A stretch of 64,000 nt of DNA from a candidate division WOR-3 bacterium (GCA_037481815.1 JBBFKX010000001.1:704001-768000), one strand, 5' to 3'. Shown: positions 9,787 to 20,582, counted from the first letter of the stretch. Made by a program: numbers and translations. The notes: generated by a model not told the origin, from the letters alone.

Positions 9787-12700
9787 ATGAAAAAACTTTT
9801 CACATTTACATTGCTCCTTCTCTTTGTGGCTGTAGCAGTTTTTGCTGTTCCAGCAAGACCTGGTTTCAGGGTCTTTGAGCAACCGGATGGAACAAAGTTT
9901 ATTGCTCAATTAAAGGGAGATGAGCATTTCCATTTTGCTGAAACTGAGGATAGGTATGCTATCATCAGAAACAGTGAGGGATGGTGGACTTATGCCAACA
10001 AAGTTGATGGAATTTTGGTTCCTTCGCTTTTCATAGTTGGAAAGGATAATCCACCATTTCCAAAAGGTTTAAGACCTGACCCGGATAAGGTTGCTGCTCT
10101 TCCAGGAAACGAGTTCAAAATGATAAACTGGACAAAACTTTTCAATATCAACGATGAGGCAGCAACAAAAGCGGGTTACACAGACAGAAAATTTTTGGTC
10201 ATACTTGGATGCTTTGATGATTCATCATTTTTAGGTACAGTAAAACCAGCAACAAGATGGGATATCAACTCCTGGACATTAAGGTCTGGTTTTACTTCAG
10301 GAAGATATGGTGGAACCGCACATGATTCGTTATACTGGGATTCAGTATTCTTTTCAAACTCTCCAGGTTCCTTTAAAACATTTTTTAAAGAGATCTCTTT
10401 TGGAAGATGGCTTATCGATACTGCATGCCATGTTCAGGGACCAGTTTCATCAGGTAAAACTTATGGAGCATACGGCGATGGTGCAGAGTTGACATACATG
10501 CAAGACATTATTTACAGAAGTTCAGGAAGGATGAAAACAACACCACACAGAGCAGATCAGAATGCATATTCTGACTACGATGGTGATGGCGATGGTTATG
10601 TTGATCACTGGATTGTTGTTCGTGCTGGTGGTGAACAGTCAGCAACAGGATCTTTAAAAGACATGTGGGCAACAAAATATACAACAACTGTTTCAACAAC
10701 TACTGGTGCAACAGTTAGAAACCCGACCAACGCTGGAGAGTTAACCGATTCTTTAGCAAATACATGGACTTTAACACAACTTCTTGATACACAATTTGTC
10801 AGATCATACACGATGGGTATAGGTGTTCATGCTCATGAGTCATTCCATGCTTTCAGTGCACCTGATCTTTATGATTATGGTTATGAAGGTGAACCAGCAG
10901 ATGTATGGAGTTTGATGGATGGAGGATCATGGACAGGTGATGGAATACAATCAGGCTCAAGGCCACCACATCCAGGTGCAATGCTTCAGTACTCATTCAG
11001 AGGTTATCCTGAAAGTGGTGATACAACGGCAGGATTTATGCCTGATGATTGGGATCAGTTGATAACAACAAATGGAAGATATTTTGTGGTTGGTCTTGCT
11101 GCTGATTCTTCAAAAGGTGGTCCAAGATTCATCATGGCAAGAAACGCTGCAATGACAACAGCAGGAGAATATTTCTTTATTGAAAATAGATGTAATAAAG
11201 GATTCTTTGAATCATGCTTACCTGAGCATGGTTTGATTATCGTTCATTATGACCAGTCAGAAAAGGGAACATATTATAATGATGGTCCTGACTATTATAC
11301 ATACTGGGTAGAACAGAGGGGCTTTGATCCACAATTACATGTAACTTATCCAAATGATACAATCTATAGAGATGCAGGTCAGGCACCATATTTTGCTGGT
11401 GATGATTATGAATTCACAAACCTCACAAAAGCAGGTGCAAATGTTAACGGGTCAACAACTAACTTTGGCCCATACATAATATCAATTTCAGCACCTGGCG
11501 ATACGATGTGGTTTACAATCGATAACGCAACAGTTCCAGCCACAGCATCATTTGCTTATAAATCACATACAGTTTATGATACTTTAACAAATTATTCAAA
11601 TAACAATGGTACTGTTGATCCAGATGAAGTTGTTGATCTTGTGATTGCAGTGAAAAATGTTGGTGGAAACGCATCGAGTGTTGCTGCTAAGTTAAGACAT
11701 AAATATGGTCTTGTAACTGTTCTTGATTCAACTGCAAACTATGGAACGATCAACTCACTTGCAACAGTTTCAAACACTGGTGATGTATTCAGAATCAAAG
11801 TAAAACCAGGTTGTCCAACAGATACAATACTCTTCTTCACACTTTACTTTACATCTTCAAACGGTTCAAACGAAGCAGAGTTTGGTATAAAACTTAATTC
11901 AACACCTCTTGTTTATACAACAACATTAAGAACCTCTGTATCGAGTTCTCTGACTGATGCTGCAGGAATTGATCTTATGTACTTCCCAGACATTAACGAC
12001 TGGCTATTTATGGCTGCTGGAACTGGACTTGGAAACTTTATGGGCACAGGTGCTAAAAAGATGTTTATACTTGATCTTTCAACATGGGGAACAGTTATAA
12101 AAGATTCATTCGTGTATGCTGGTGCAAACTACCTTATGTGTATGGATCATGATGCACAGGGAAGAATCTGGTATTCTTCTGGTGACTCAGCATACTGCTA
12201 TGACATTTCATCAGGTTCACCTGTTAATGTTGGAAGATTAAGATGGCCAAACTCTGATTATGCTGGAACAGTAATGAAAAGAGTCAGAGGAATAACATTT
12301 GATAACAACGACTCACTCTACGGTTACTGGCAGACATATGGAACATTTGAAGAATCAATCTATGGAGTTAGAAAGACACTTGGAACTTTATCGACAATAT
12401 GGGATAGAGCAGCACTTCTTGATGGAACAAGTTATGGTGGAAAGTGGAACAACGGTAGAGGTATTGAATGGGATGGAACATGTCTCTGGTCAGTCAACAT
12501 ATTTGAGAATTTGATATTTAGAAAATATCCAATAAACAATCCTTCAGTTCCTTCAAACCTTGAATTCAAGACAATCAACACAATCTCCTGTCCTTCAGTT
12601 GTTGGAAGTTATCCTGCTTATGATATTGCATTACAGGCAGTTTCTTCTGACGGAGTTACACCTGCTGTTCCTTATGCTTTTGGAAACAAATATTATATGT

Positions 12701-13602
12701 GGACTATGAATATGGACAACTCAGAAGTTACAAAAATAGATGTAACCGCACTTGTTCTCCCACAGCAGGTTGATCTTGTTACTTCTGCTTGCACATTCAA
12801 CGATGCTAAAGATAGTGTGACGCTTGTTTGGAAGAAGAACCCATTGAATGACTTTGTTACAAAATACATTGTCTACAGATCACAGGATGCAAACTTCTAT
12901 GCTACTTCAAAAGATTCTGTGTTAACAACAACAGACACAACCGCAAAATTTGTCATACCAAACACAAAAGGTCTCCATTACTTCAAAGTCAGAGCGGTTA
13001 ACTATCAGGGTTACTCATTCAACACATCTGATGAGGTTTATGTTGTTAACAACACAACAACAGCACTCAACACTGTTTCACTTGTTGCAACACAAAAAGG
13101 TACAGATGTTTACCTTGAATGGGAGAAAGAAGGTATAAACAGTGGTTCAGCATGGGAAGTTTCAAGAGCGAAAGATAATGGGCAGTTTGAGGTTGTTGGT
13201 TCTGTTGATTTCAAATCAACAAAATTTGTTGATAACAAGATCTCTGAAAACGGAACCTACACATACAAACTTGACCTTGTAAAACTCGGTGGTGAAAAGG
13301 TAACATATGGACAGGCCTCAATTAAATTCTTCAATCCTTATGTGTTCAAACTCTATCAACTTGACAAGAATCCAGTCAAAGGTAGTTTCAATATAAACTA
13401 CTCAATCGATAGAGAGGACTATGTTACTTTGAAAGTGTACTCAGTTACAGGTCAGGTTGTTGCCACACTTGCAAACGGAGTTATGACTCCAGGTAGATAC
13501 ACAGCAAAAGTTGATGAAAAGAAACTTTCAGCAGGTATCTACTATGTTGTTCTAACTCAGGGAACAAAGAAAGATAATATCAAGGTTACAGTTTTAAAGT
13601 AA
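9787..13602 (+). CDS. Secreted M6 (immune inhibitor A-like) metalloprotease with propeller/Fn3 region and T9SS-like C-terminal domain
   Basis: Signal peptide, M6 propeptide QPDGT..GDE, HAHESFH..PDLYD, WSLMDGGSW, EYFFIENR; tail LKVYSVTGQVV...LSAGIYYV...KVTVLK. Confidence 0.9.
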   Translation: MKKLFTFTLLLLFVAVAVFAVPARPGFRVFEQPDGTKFIAQLKGDEHFHFAETEDRYAIIRNSEGWWTYANKVDGILVPSLFIVGKDNPPFPKGLRPDPDKVAALPGNEFKMINWTKLFNINDEAATKAGYTDRKFLVILGCFDDSSFLGTVKPATRWDINSWTLRSGFTSGRYGGTAHDSLYWDSVFFSNSPGSFKTFFKEISFGRWLIDTACHVQGPVSSGKTYGAYGDGAELTYMQDIIYRSSGRMKTTPHRADQNAYSDYDGDGDGYVDHWIVVRAGGEQSATGSLKDMWATKYTTTVSTTTGATVRNPTNAGELTDSLANTWTLTQLLDTQFVRSYTMGIGVHAHESFHAFSAPDLYDYGYEGEPADVWSLMDGGSWTGDGIQSGSRPPHPGAMLQYSFRGYPESGDTTAGFMPDDWDQLITTNGRYFVVGLAADSSKGGPRFIMARNAAMTTAGEYFFIENRCNKGFFESCLPEHGLIIVHYDQSEKGTYYNDGPDYYTYWVEQRGFDPQLHVTYPNDTIYRDAGQAPYFAGDDYEFTNLTKAGANVNGSTTNFGPYIISISAPGDTMWFTIDNATVPATASFAYKSHTVYDTLTNYSNNNGTVDPDEVVDLVIAVKNVGGNASSVAAKLRHKYGLVTVLDSTANYGTINSLATVSNTGDVFRIKVKPGCPTDTILFFTLYFTSSNGSNEAEFGIKLNSTPLVYTTTLRTSVSSSLTDAAGIDLMYFPDINDWLFMAAGTGLGNFMGTGAKKMFILDLSTWGTVIKDSFVYAGANYLMCMDHDAQGRIWYSSGDSAYCYDISSGSPVNVGRLRWPNSDYAGTVMKRVRGITFDNNDSLYGYWQTYGTFEESIYGVRKTLGTLSTIWDRAALLDGTSYGGKWNNGRGIEWDGTCLWSVNIFENLIFRKYPINNPSVPSNLEFKTINTISCPSVVGSYPAYDIALQAVSSDGVTPAVPYAFGNKYYMWTMNMDNSEVTKIDVTALVLPQQVDLVTSACTFNDAKDSVTLVWKKNPLNDFVTKYIVYRSQDANFYATSKDSVLTTTDTTAKFVIPNTKGLHYFKVRAVNYQGYSFNTSDEVYVVNNTTTALNTVSLVATQKGTDVYLEWEKEGINSGSAWEVSRAKDNGQFEVVGSVDFKSTKFVDNKISENGTYTYKLDLVKLGGEKVTYGQASIKFFNPYVFKLYQLDKNPVKGSFNINYSIDREDYVTLKVYSVTGQVVATLANGVMTPGRYTAKVDEKKLSAGIYYVVLTQGTKKDNIKVTVLK

Positions 13603-13614
13603 CCAAATTAAAAT

Positions 13615-13643
13615 AAAAGGGGGCTTTTTAAGCCCCCTTTTTT
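13615..13643. terminator. Bidirectional intrinsic terminator
   Basis: AAAAGGGGGCTT-ttt-AAGCCCCCTTTT between convergent genes. Confidence 0.85.
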
Positions 13644-14781
13644 ATTTATAAACTTTTTCAAGAATCTCTTTTGAAATTTTTTCCCAGGTAAAATTCGAAG
13701 AAAAATTTCTCAAGTATTCCCTATCCCATCTGTATTCAACCGCTTCAACAAGTTTTTTTACAAATTCTTGCTTATCCCTTTTTTCAACGATAAAACCTGT
13801 TTTATAATCCTTAACAACTTCTCTTACACCACCGACATCAAATGAAACAACAGGAACACCAGAAGAAAACGACTCAAAAAGTATCGTCGGGAACCCTTCT
13901 GATCTACTTGTTATCAAGGTCAAAAATGCTTTTCTATATATATCTTTCATTCTAATTCTTTCAACAAAACCCTGAAAACCAACATAATCGTTTATTTTAT
14001 ATTCATCGATTCTTTTTAAAACCTGCTCCTTCAATGGCCCATCTCCAACGATTATCAATTTAAAATCTTTTCTTATTTTTAAAAACTCATTAAAAATATC
14101 TATCAACAATAGAGGATCTTTTACCTCTGTTAACCTCCCAACAAAAAGAAGATTTTTTGACTCATCTGTAGATTCGAATATCTCTTTTATGCCGTTTCTG
14201 ATAACAATTGAGTTTTCGATTTTAAAATCATTTTTAAGAATCCTTTGCATTTTTTCACTAACAACTATAACCTTTTTTGATTTTTTAAGATAATAGTTTA
14301 CCAGGAACTTATCAAACGGTCTTCTGTTTATAAACATGAGATCAGACCCATGTATAGTGACAACAAAAGGGATTTTTTTTAACCTTGAAAGGATATACCC
14401 GGAAAATCCATCTGGGAAAAGTGTATGGGAATGGATAATATCAAATCGCTCGTCTTTTGTTTTTAAATAAAGTAGAAAAGAAATTAAAAAGGAGTCAAAA
14501 TGTTTAGAAAATACTTTTGGATATTTTAAAAATTTAAAATCATTTTTATCTTGTTTTATTTTGAACTTTTCTAATATTTTTTCCCTTTTACTGGTAAAAA
14601 AAATCAAAAATATTTCTTTTATTGAAGGGTTTATTCTAACTGGAACAAAAACTTTTAAATCGCATACTTTCTTCAGTTCTTCTACTTGTTCATAAATATA
14701 TATCCCTGTTGAAGGTGTTAACCGTTGGGGTGAATCTGGCCAGAGATGGGAGATCAAAAGGACTTTTTTATCCTTTCTCAT
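13642..14781 (-). CDS. GT4 family glycosyltransferase
   Basis: IIHSH, TIHGSD, FVGRL..K, SRSEGFPTILFE. Confidence 0.9.
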   Translation of the reverse strand: MRKDKKVLLISHLWPDSPQRLTPSTGIYIYEQVEELKKVCDLKVFVPVRINPSIKEIFLIFFTSKREKILEKFKIKQDKNDFKFLKYPKVFSKHFDSFLISFLLYLKTKDERFDIIHSHTLFPDGFSGYILSRLKKIPFVVTIHGSDLMFINRRPFDKFLVNYYLKKSKKVIVVSEKMQRILKNDFKIENSIVIRNGIKEIFESTDESKNLLFVGRLTEVKDPLLLIDIFNEFLKIRKDFKLIIVGDGPLKEQVLKRIDEYKINDYVGFQGFVERIRMKDIYRKAFLTLITSRSEGFPTILFESFSSGVPVVSFDVGGVREVVKDYKTGFIVEKRDKQEFVKKLVEAVEYRWDREYLRNFSSNFTWEKISKEILEKVYK

Positions 14782-15862
14782 ACTCTATAAGTTTTATTTT
14801 CAGATCTTTATCTATATTTTTTTGTTCGATATCCCTTTCATCCTTGACTATGAATTGTTGAAATTTATCGATTGTTTTTATATGAACCAATTTCCTTTCT
14901 CCATCAAAAACACCAAATATGTTATGTTTTTCAGGTGAAGGGAAAGGTCCATCAACACCACCAGTTTCAAAATAGATTTCAAAAACTTTTTTCCTCTCTT
15001 TAAAAAAACCTTTTTCAACAAACTCCCTTTTTAATTTTCCATCAATATTTTCTGGAACTTTTATTCCAACAGAATCGAGGAGTAAGGGTAGAAAATCTAC
15101 AGTTGAATGGAGAGAGTTTTCTTCTTCCTTTTTGTTTTCTCCATATTTTATTACAAAATTATGTAAGGTATAATTGTAAAGAAAAACTCCATAAGCCCTT
15201 TCACCAAAAATCTCACCTGTTGATGCACCATGATCTGAAAGAATCCAAATATTGCTATTTTCATTCAATTTTTTTTCTTTTAACAGAGAAAGGATTTTTT
15301 TTAAATACTCTCCAGAAATTCTTATATCATTTTTGTATCTTTCTCTATTTTTTTCAAGATTGTTGAAATATTCTTCGGATCTATCATTATAAACATTTAA
15401 AACATTGTTAACAAGTGATGTATGTATTTTTGAATAGTGTAGATATAGAAAAAATGGTTTATATTCTTTCATTTTCTCAGCGTTTTCTTGGACAAACTCT
15501 ATATGTTTTTTTTCAACATCCTGATTGTATTCATCGTGTAGAGTATAAACATCAAAACCTCTATTAGCCATAACAACTGGACTTGGAATGTTCGCAAAAG
15601 TTGAATAACCATTTTCTTTCAAATACTGTGGTATTATCTTAACATTCTGTTTTAGATCGTTAGGTCTGAAATATCCATTAACACCATTATTTTTCGGATA
15701 AAGCCCCGTAAAAATCGTATGCATTGAACCGATTGTATATGGTGATGCTGTATAGAACCTGTTGTACCAGATCGATTTTGAAAACAGTTCCTGATACATA
15801 AAATCTTCTTTTACAAAATCGTACCTTGCTCCATCTATCACTATTAAAATTATGTTCTTCAT
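14768..15862 (-). CDS. Sulfatase-like/alkaline phosphatase superfamily hydrolase or transferase
   Basis: NIILIVIDGAR, ASPYTIGS (Thr at nucleophile position, no CxPxR), PFFLYLH, LSDHG. Confidence 0.8.
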   Translation of the reverse strand: MKNIILIVIDGARYDFVKEDFMYQELFSKSIWYNRFYTASPYTIGSMHTIFTGLYPKNNGVNGYFRPNDLKQNVKIIPQYLKENGYSTFANIPSPVVMANRGFDVYTLHDEYNQDVEKKHIEFVQENAEKMKEYKPFFLYLHYSKIHTSLVNNVLNVYNDRSEEYFNNLEKNRERYKNDIRISGEYLKKILSLLKEKKLNENSNIWILSDHGASTGEIFGERAYGVFLYNYTLHNFVIKYGENKKEEENSLHSTVDFLPLLLDSVGIKVPENIDGKLKREFVEKGFFKERKKVFEIYFETGGVDGPFPSPEKHNIFGVFDGERKLVHIKTIDKFQQFIVKDERDIEQKNIDKDLKIKLIEYEKG

Positions 15863-16608
15863 TTTTTATTTTTTAGCAAATTTTTATATATAACTTCTCT
15901 TGCGTATGAAAGATCCTCAAAAGTATCGACCTCAGTCCATAAAAGTCCATCAGTGTAAACTGGTTTGAAAAAAACTCCTTCTTTTGATATGTCAACGAGA
16001 AGATCTTCATAGTATTTACCTTTCGCTGAAAAATCAAATGAATCATAATGTTTCATCATAGCTTTTATTGAGTCAAATTTCACCATCGTTATACCGATAT
16101 ACTCACCAACAGAGTCCTCTATTCTATTTTTTTTGGACAGAGAGGAAACATATCCATCTTTTAACAGAACCTTCATCTCCTCCTCTCCGAGAGTTTTAAC
16201 ATTGTCTACAACAATACAGTTTTCATAGTGAGTTAGAACTTTTTTGAGAATTTCACCATCAAAAATAATATCACTGTTAAAAATTATAAAATCTTTTGTT
16301 ATATGTGGTAATGCTGTAAAAAGTGTATAACAGTTGTTATATTCTTTATATTTTTTGTTTTCAACAAAAGTAAAATTTATATCTTTAAACTTTTTTCTTA
16401 AACTTAAAACATAACTTTTTAAAACAGAAAATTGGTGACCTCCAACGATCAAAATATCTTTTAATCCATTTTTATAAATATTTTCTATAATAAGGCCTAT
16501 GAAAGTTGTTCTTCCGACTCTTAACATCGTCTTTGGTTTTTTTTCCGTATCTGGCTTCAACCTTTCGCCTGTTCCTGCTGCAAGAATAACTGCTTGAAAA
16601 TTTTTCAT
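15859..16608 (-). CDS. LicC-like phosphocholine/phosphonate cytidylyltransferase family NTP transferase
   Basis: VILAAGTGERL...KPK, EEEMKV, GEYIGI, WTEVDTFEDL. Confidence 0.85.
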   Translation of the reverse strand: MKNFQAVILAAGTGERLKPDTEKKPKTMLRVGRTTFIGLIIENIYKNGLKDILIVGGHQFSVLKSYVLSLRKKFKDINFTFVENKKYKEYNNCYTLFTALPHITKDFIIFNSDIIFDGEILKKVLTHYENCIVVDNVKTLGEEEMKVLLKDGYVSSLSKKNRIEDSVGEYIGITMVKFDSIKAMMKHYDSFDFSAKGKYYEDLLVDISKEGVFFKPVYTDGLLWTEVDTFEDLSYAREVIYKNLLKNKK

Positions 16609-16610
16609 CT

Positions 16611-18110
16611 TTACTCCCTATCTTTCAGATAACCTAATCTTCTCAATTCCTCTTTTACAAATTCATCATCAACTTTTACTTCCTCTTTTTTCCTTTTTAC
16701 CAGAAAATCGTAAGAATCTATCATTGTTGTTTCAGAGAATTTATAGAGAGGTTTTCCATCAAAATCTTTTGCCAATGGCAGGTTTAAAAAAGAAAGAAGT
16801 GATGGAAGAAAATCGTATATTGTTGAGTTTCCAATATTCCCCTTAAATTTCAGACCTTTATCATAAATCATAAAAATCCCTGTCTTGTCATGATCAGCAG
16901 ATCTTTCAATATCGTTAACATCAACAAGGGAAAGAAAATCAAAATAATCCGTTCCAATAAGAACTTTAAGGTTTGAAAGATCCTCCTCTTTAAACTTACC
17001 TTTGTCAAACTGAGTAACCTTTAAAAAAATTCTTCCACTCTCATCTTTTTCAACAACTTCAAAAAATCTTTCTCCTGAGGGTTTAATTATTATGTTTTTA
17101 AAGAAACCGATAAGATTTTCTGGATCCAATCCACTATTCTCTTTTACAACGATAACAGAGTTTAACCCGACAAAATAGATTTCAACTTTTCCAAGAATAT
17201 TTGTTTTTTCAAGAAAACTTTTCTGTTTTAGAGACAATGTTTTAAAACTCCCCTCTCTTATAGGTTTCATTCCGTGATCCGAGATTATGAAAAGAGATGA
17301 ATTTTTATTGTTTTCATATATTGTTCGTAAACTGTTGTCTATCTCTATGTATGCCTTTAAAAGAAAATCTCCATATTTTTTTCTTTCTTCATCAGAAACT
17401 TCGGGGAAATTTTCTCTGTCCGAATATTTCCAGAAATAGTGTGCTGCAGAATCTGACAAAGGAATGAAGAAAAACGATACATCGGTTTTAAAATTTTTTA
17501 CAAGATTCAAAAAAAGTGATAGATTTATCCTGTTCAAAAAAATTAATCTTTTAAAAAGTTTTAATTTTTTATCGTAAAATTTTTCAACCAACATATTAGA
17601 TGAAAGTTGTGTCAATGTTAAAAAATCCACTCCGATTTTTTTTAACTTAAAAAACAAGAATATATTTTTTAAAAGATTTCCTTTTTTCTTTCCTCTGAGT
17701 TCCATTATCGGAGAAAGATATGAAGGGAAAGTCCTGTTATCCCTAGCCATCGAGCATGGTATAGTGAACCCACCATAATTTTCAGGTGGCCAGGTCAACT
17801 CCCATCCAAAAGTTCCAACAGAGTATCCATAATGGTTCAAGATTTCAAACCATCTTGCTGAAACTATATCCTGCTGTAGATTAAAAAATGATAAAATTTT
17901 ATGTTTTTCTGCTTTTTTTCCAGTTGCTAGCGATGTCCATATTGTTGGTGAGATTGGAACCCTTGTATCCTGCTCAACAGAATCCATATAAGAGTATATC
18001 GAGTTTTCCTTCAAAAACTTAAAAAATGGCAGTTTACCCTCTTCTATAAATCTATCTATCAGAGTGAATGTCCCACCATCTATTCCAACAATAATAACTT
18101 TTTTCTTCAT
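16611..18110 (-). CDS. Alkaline phosphatase superfamily (NPP/phosphodiesterase-like) protein
   Basis: VGIDG, PISPTIWTSLATG, AAHYFW, ISDHG, C-terminal ELRRLGYL. Confidence 0.85.
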   Translation of the reverse strand: MKKKVIIVGIDGGTFTLIDRFIEEGKLPFFKFLKENSIYSYMDSVEQDTRVPISPTIWTSLATGKKAEKHKILSFFNLQQDIVSARWFEILNHYGYSVGTFGWELTWPPENYGGFTIPCSMARDNRTFPSYLSPIMELRGKKKGNLLKNIFLFFKLKKIGVDFLTLTQLSSNMLVEKFYDKKLKLFKRLIFLNRINLSLFLNLVKNFKTDVSFFFIPLSDSAAHYFWKYSDRENFPEVSDEERKKYGDFLLKAYIEIDNSLRTIYENNKNSSLFIISDHGMKPIREGSFKTLSLKQKSFLEKTNILGKVEIYFVGLNSVIVVKENSGLDPENLIGFFKNIIIKPSGERFFEVVEKDESGRIFLKVTQFDKGKFKEEDLSNLKVLIGTDYFDFLSLVDVNDIERSADHDKTGIFMIYDKGLKFKGNIGNSTIYDFLPSLLSFLNLPLAKDFDGKPLYKFSETTMIDSYDFLVKRKKEEVKVDDEFVKEELRRLGYLKDRE

Positions 18111-18258
18111 AATTTTACATTATACAAACATAGAAATTTTATTCAAGTTAAATTTAGAAAAATAAAAAATACTTAAAAGTTTTCATTTTTTATATAAATA
18201 ATTATTGACACAATTTGAATATTAAAATATTATTTAAAAAATAAAATCAAAAGGGATT

Positions 18259-18879
18259 ATGATCTATAGGAAGTTAAAAGAGGTTGCTAAAGAAATATAT
18301 GTTGGACTAAATGTAAAAAATTATCTTGATAAAACCGAGATTGCACAAAACGATTCAGAAAAAAAGATTACACTTTATATCCCCATTATAAATATTTCCA
18401 ACATAACAGAGGATGGATTCTTTGTAGGGGATTTTAAAAGATTAAAAATCGTTTCCCAAAGAGAGATATTAAAGTATACTGTAAAGGAAAAAGACGTGAT
18501 TTTTAACTCCCGCGGTACAGCTTTAAAAGTTGCAATAGTCGATGAAGAACGGGCAGGTTACATCATAACATCAAATATGATCGCTGTCAGTTTGCTTGAT
18601 GAATTTATCACTCCCGAAATTTTCGAATTTTATTTAAGAAGTGAAAAGGGTTTTTATGAATTGATGAAATTATCTTTTTCTTCAAAAAATTCTATCAGAT
18701 TAACTAAGGAAAGTGTTGAAGAACTCAAAGTACCAATCTTAAAACCTAAGGAGTTAGTCAGTTTATCTGGATTGTTGAACGACTATAAAATAATTAAAAG
18801 CATAGCAAAAAATATATCAGCTGATCTTGATAAAATGTCATATTATATTATGAAAATTTTAAATAAAGATGAAAAATAA
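18259..18879 (+). CDS. Half-size type I R-M specificity subunit-like protein (single TRD)
   Basis: KLKEVA..I..G, IPIINISNI, YTVKEKDVIFNSRGT, ELKVPI, then a helical spacer. Confidence 0.7.
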   Translation: MIYRKLKEVAKEIYVGLNVKNYLDKTEIAQNDSEKKITLYIPIINISNITEDGFFVGDFKRLKIVSQREILKYTVKEKDVIFNSRGTALKVAIVDEERAGYIITSNMIAVSLLDEFITPEIFEFYLRSEKGFYELMKLSFSSKNSIRLTKESVEELKVPILKPKELVSLSGLLNDYKIIKSIAKNISADLDKMSYYIMKILNKDEK

Positions 18880-20335
18880 AAGTTTTGATAATCAAAAATT
18901 GAAAATAGAATGCCTTAAAAAATATAGAAAAATACTTAGTAAGGTTAATAAATCAAGATTTTCGTTTTTGGGGAATTTAGGTTCAGATTTTTTAAAACTC
19001 TTATTCATAAAATATATTTACTTGAATGAAGAAAATATCAAAAAATTTATCATTTTAGATGAGGGGCTTTCATGGAAAAACCTTTCTGAGATAAAAGAAG
19101 ACGTAGGAATATTTATTGATAAGATTTTCGAAAATTTAGCTAAAAATAATGAAAATTTATCAGTTTTTTCCTTTCTCGAAAATTTTTCTGAGCAAAAACA
19201 TCGAAGAGTTCCTTTTGACAAAAGATTTTCATTAAAATCAAGAGAAAAAATTTTAATCGATTTCATTGAGGAGTTAAACAAAGATTCATTTTTAAATCAA
19301 AAAAATACATTTAACTTATTTGTTAAAGAGATAATCACCCATCAACAGCATTTTTACTATAGAATAAATGGATTAAAATATAGAGAAAATACTAATGAAG
19401 TATTGAATTATTTAAATAGATATATCGAACAAAAAATAAAAAACAAAGAAGATCTATCTTTTTACATCCCCTATTTTAAAAGAAGTGAGTTCTATTTTGA
19501 TATAATACTAAAAGTTGCTACCCAAAAAAGTACTTTAAAAATTTACTGCAACGAATTTTGGGGGGAAGCACCTGCTTTGACAATGTTGAAACTTTTTTTG
19601 AATGGAATTTACAATGTTGAAATCAGAGCAAAGAAAGAACCATGGTTTGTTGATTTTTTTAAAGATGAAAAAGAAGATTTAAAAAAATATGACCTTGTTT
19701 TTGTTGATATGATTGATGAAAAATATGATATAGATGAAGAACAATATCGAAAGTTAAAAGAAAAAATTGAAACGGATTTAAAACTCTACTTAGATTCAAA
19801 AAATATAATATATTCTTTTCTTCTTGATAGTTTAAATGAAAAAGGGGTTCTTATTCTGCTCACCAACTACAATTTTCTAACCGTTTCTGGAAGTAAAAAG
19901 GAAGTGAGAAAATTTTTAGTTGAAAACAATTATCTTGATGAGGTTATATCGATATATGGGTTTTTAAAATCGCCTGTCGGGTATGATCCCGTTATAGTTC
20001 TTGTTGATAAAAACAGAGAGAAAAACAGAAAGGTAACATTTGTTGATCTTGAAAGAGTGGTTACTAAGTTGTCACAGAAAAATAAAAGTGAAGAAAAAAA
20101 TATTTTGAATGAGAATCTTGATATATTAAAAGATATAGAGTACGCAATGGTTCAAAAAAAGAATGAAGATATAAAAGAGAATGATTACAACTTTAATGTA
20201 TTCAAATATCTTTCTTATCTGCCTCAAGATTACAATGAAGCATTAGAGGAAATTGCTAAAAGGTTAAATGGAACAACAGAAGAATTTCAAAAAAGATTGA
20301 ATGAATTTTTGATAAAAATAAAAAAATTGAAATAA
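18869..20335 (+). CDS. HsdM/N6-adenine methyltransferase-like protein lacking catalytic motifs
   Basis: HsdM scaffold (LLFIKYI, LNEKG, EVRKFLVENNYLDEVISI, KVTFVD, IKENDYNFN) but no DPACGSG and no NPPY/F. Confidence 0.7.
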   Translation: MKNKSFDNQKLKIECLKKYRKILSKVNKSRFSFLGNLGSDFLKLLFIKYIYLNEENIKKFIILDEGLSWKNLSEIKEDVGIFIDKIFENLAKNNENLSVFSFLENFSEQKHRRVPFDKRFSLKSREKILIDFIEELNKDSFLNQKNTFNLFVKEIITHQQHFYYRINGLKYRENTNEVLNYLNRYIEQKIKNKEDLSFYIPYFKRSEFYFDIILKVATQKSTLKIYCNEFWGEAPALTMLKLFLNGIYNVEIRAKKEPWFVDFFKDEKEDLKKYDLVFVDMIDEKYDIDEEQYRKLKEKIETDLKLYLDSKNIIYSFLLDSLNEKGVLILLTNYNFLTVSGSKKEVRKFLVENNYLDEVISIYGFLKSPVGYDPVIVLVDKNREKNRKVTFVDLERVVTKLSQKNKSEEKNILNENLDILKDIEYAMVQKKNEDIKENDYNFNVFKYLSYLPQDYNEALEEIAKRLNGTTEEFQKRLNEFLIKIKKLK

Positions 20336-20488
20336 ATAAAAGACCAGTACATCCTTCACATTTTAAGATAAAATAAAAGATAAAAAACTGAATGTATCTA
20401 TTTTAATCTATAAAGTTTATTTTTACCGAAATTAGTTAGGTATATATTAAATTATAAAACATTCTTTTAGAATATTTTAATATTCATA

Positions 20489-20516
20489 TTGACTTTTTTG
20501 TATTTTATGATATAAT
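20489..20516 (+). promoter_or_regulatory. Sigma70-type promoter of the MoxR unit
   Basis: TTGACT-16-TATAAT with TG extended -10. Confidence 0.75.
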
Positions 20517-20582
20517 ATTATCGGTTGGAGAAACTACAAACAGCAGTTCTAAACAAAAACGGAAACAAAAAGGGGGGTTATA

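Noticed and set aside
18111..18258. att direct repeat matching the tRNA-Asp 3' end
   Set aside because: No copy of CGGGAGCGACGAGACTCG seen and no integrase, so the islet is not called a mobile element.
18259..20335. Functional type I restriction-modification system
   Set aside because: No HsdR in the window, only one TRD, and both methyltransferase catalytic motifs are absent.
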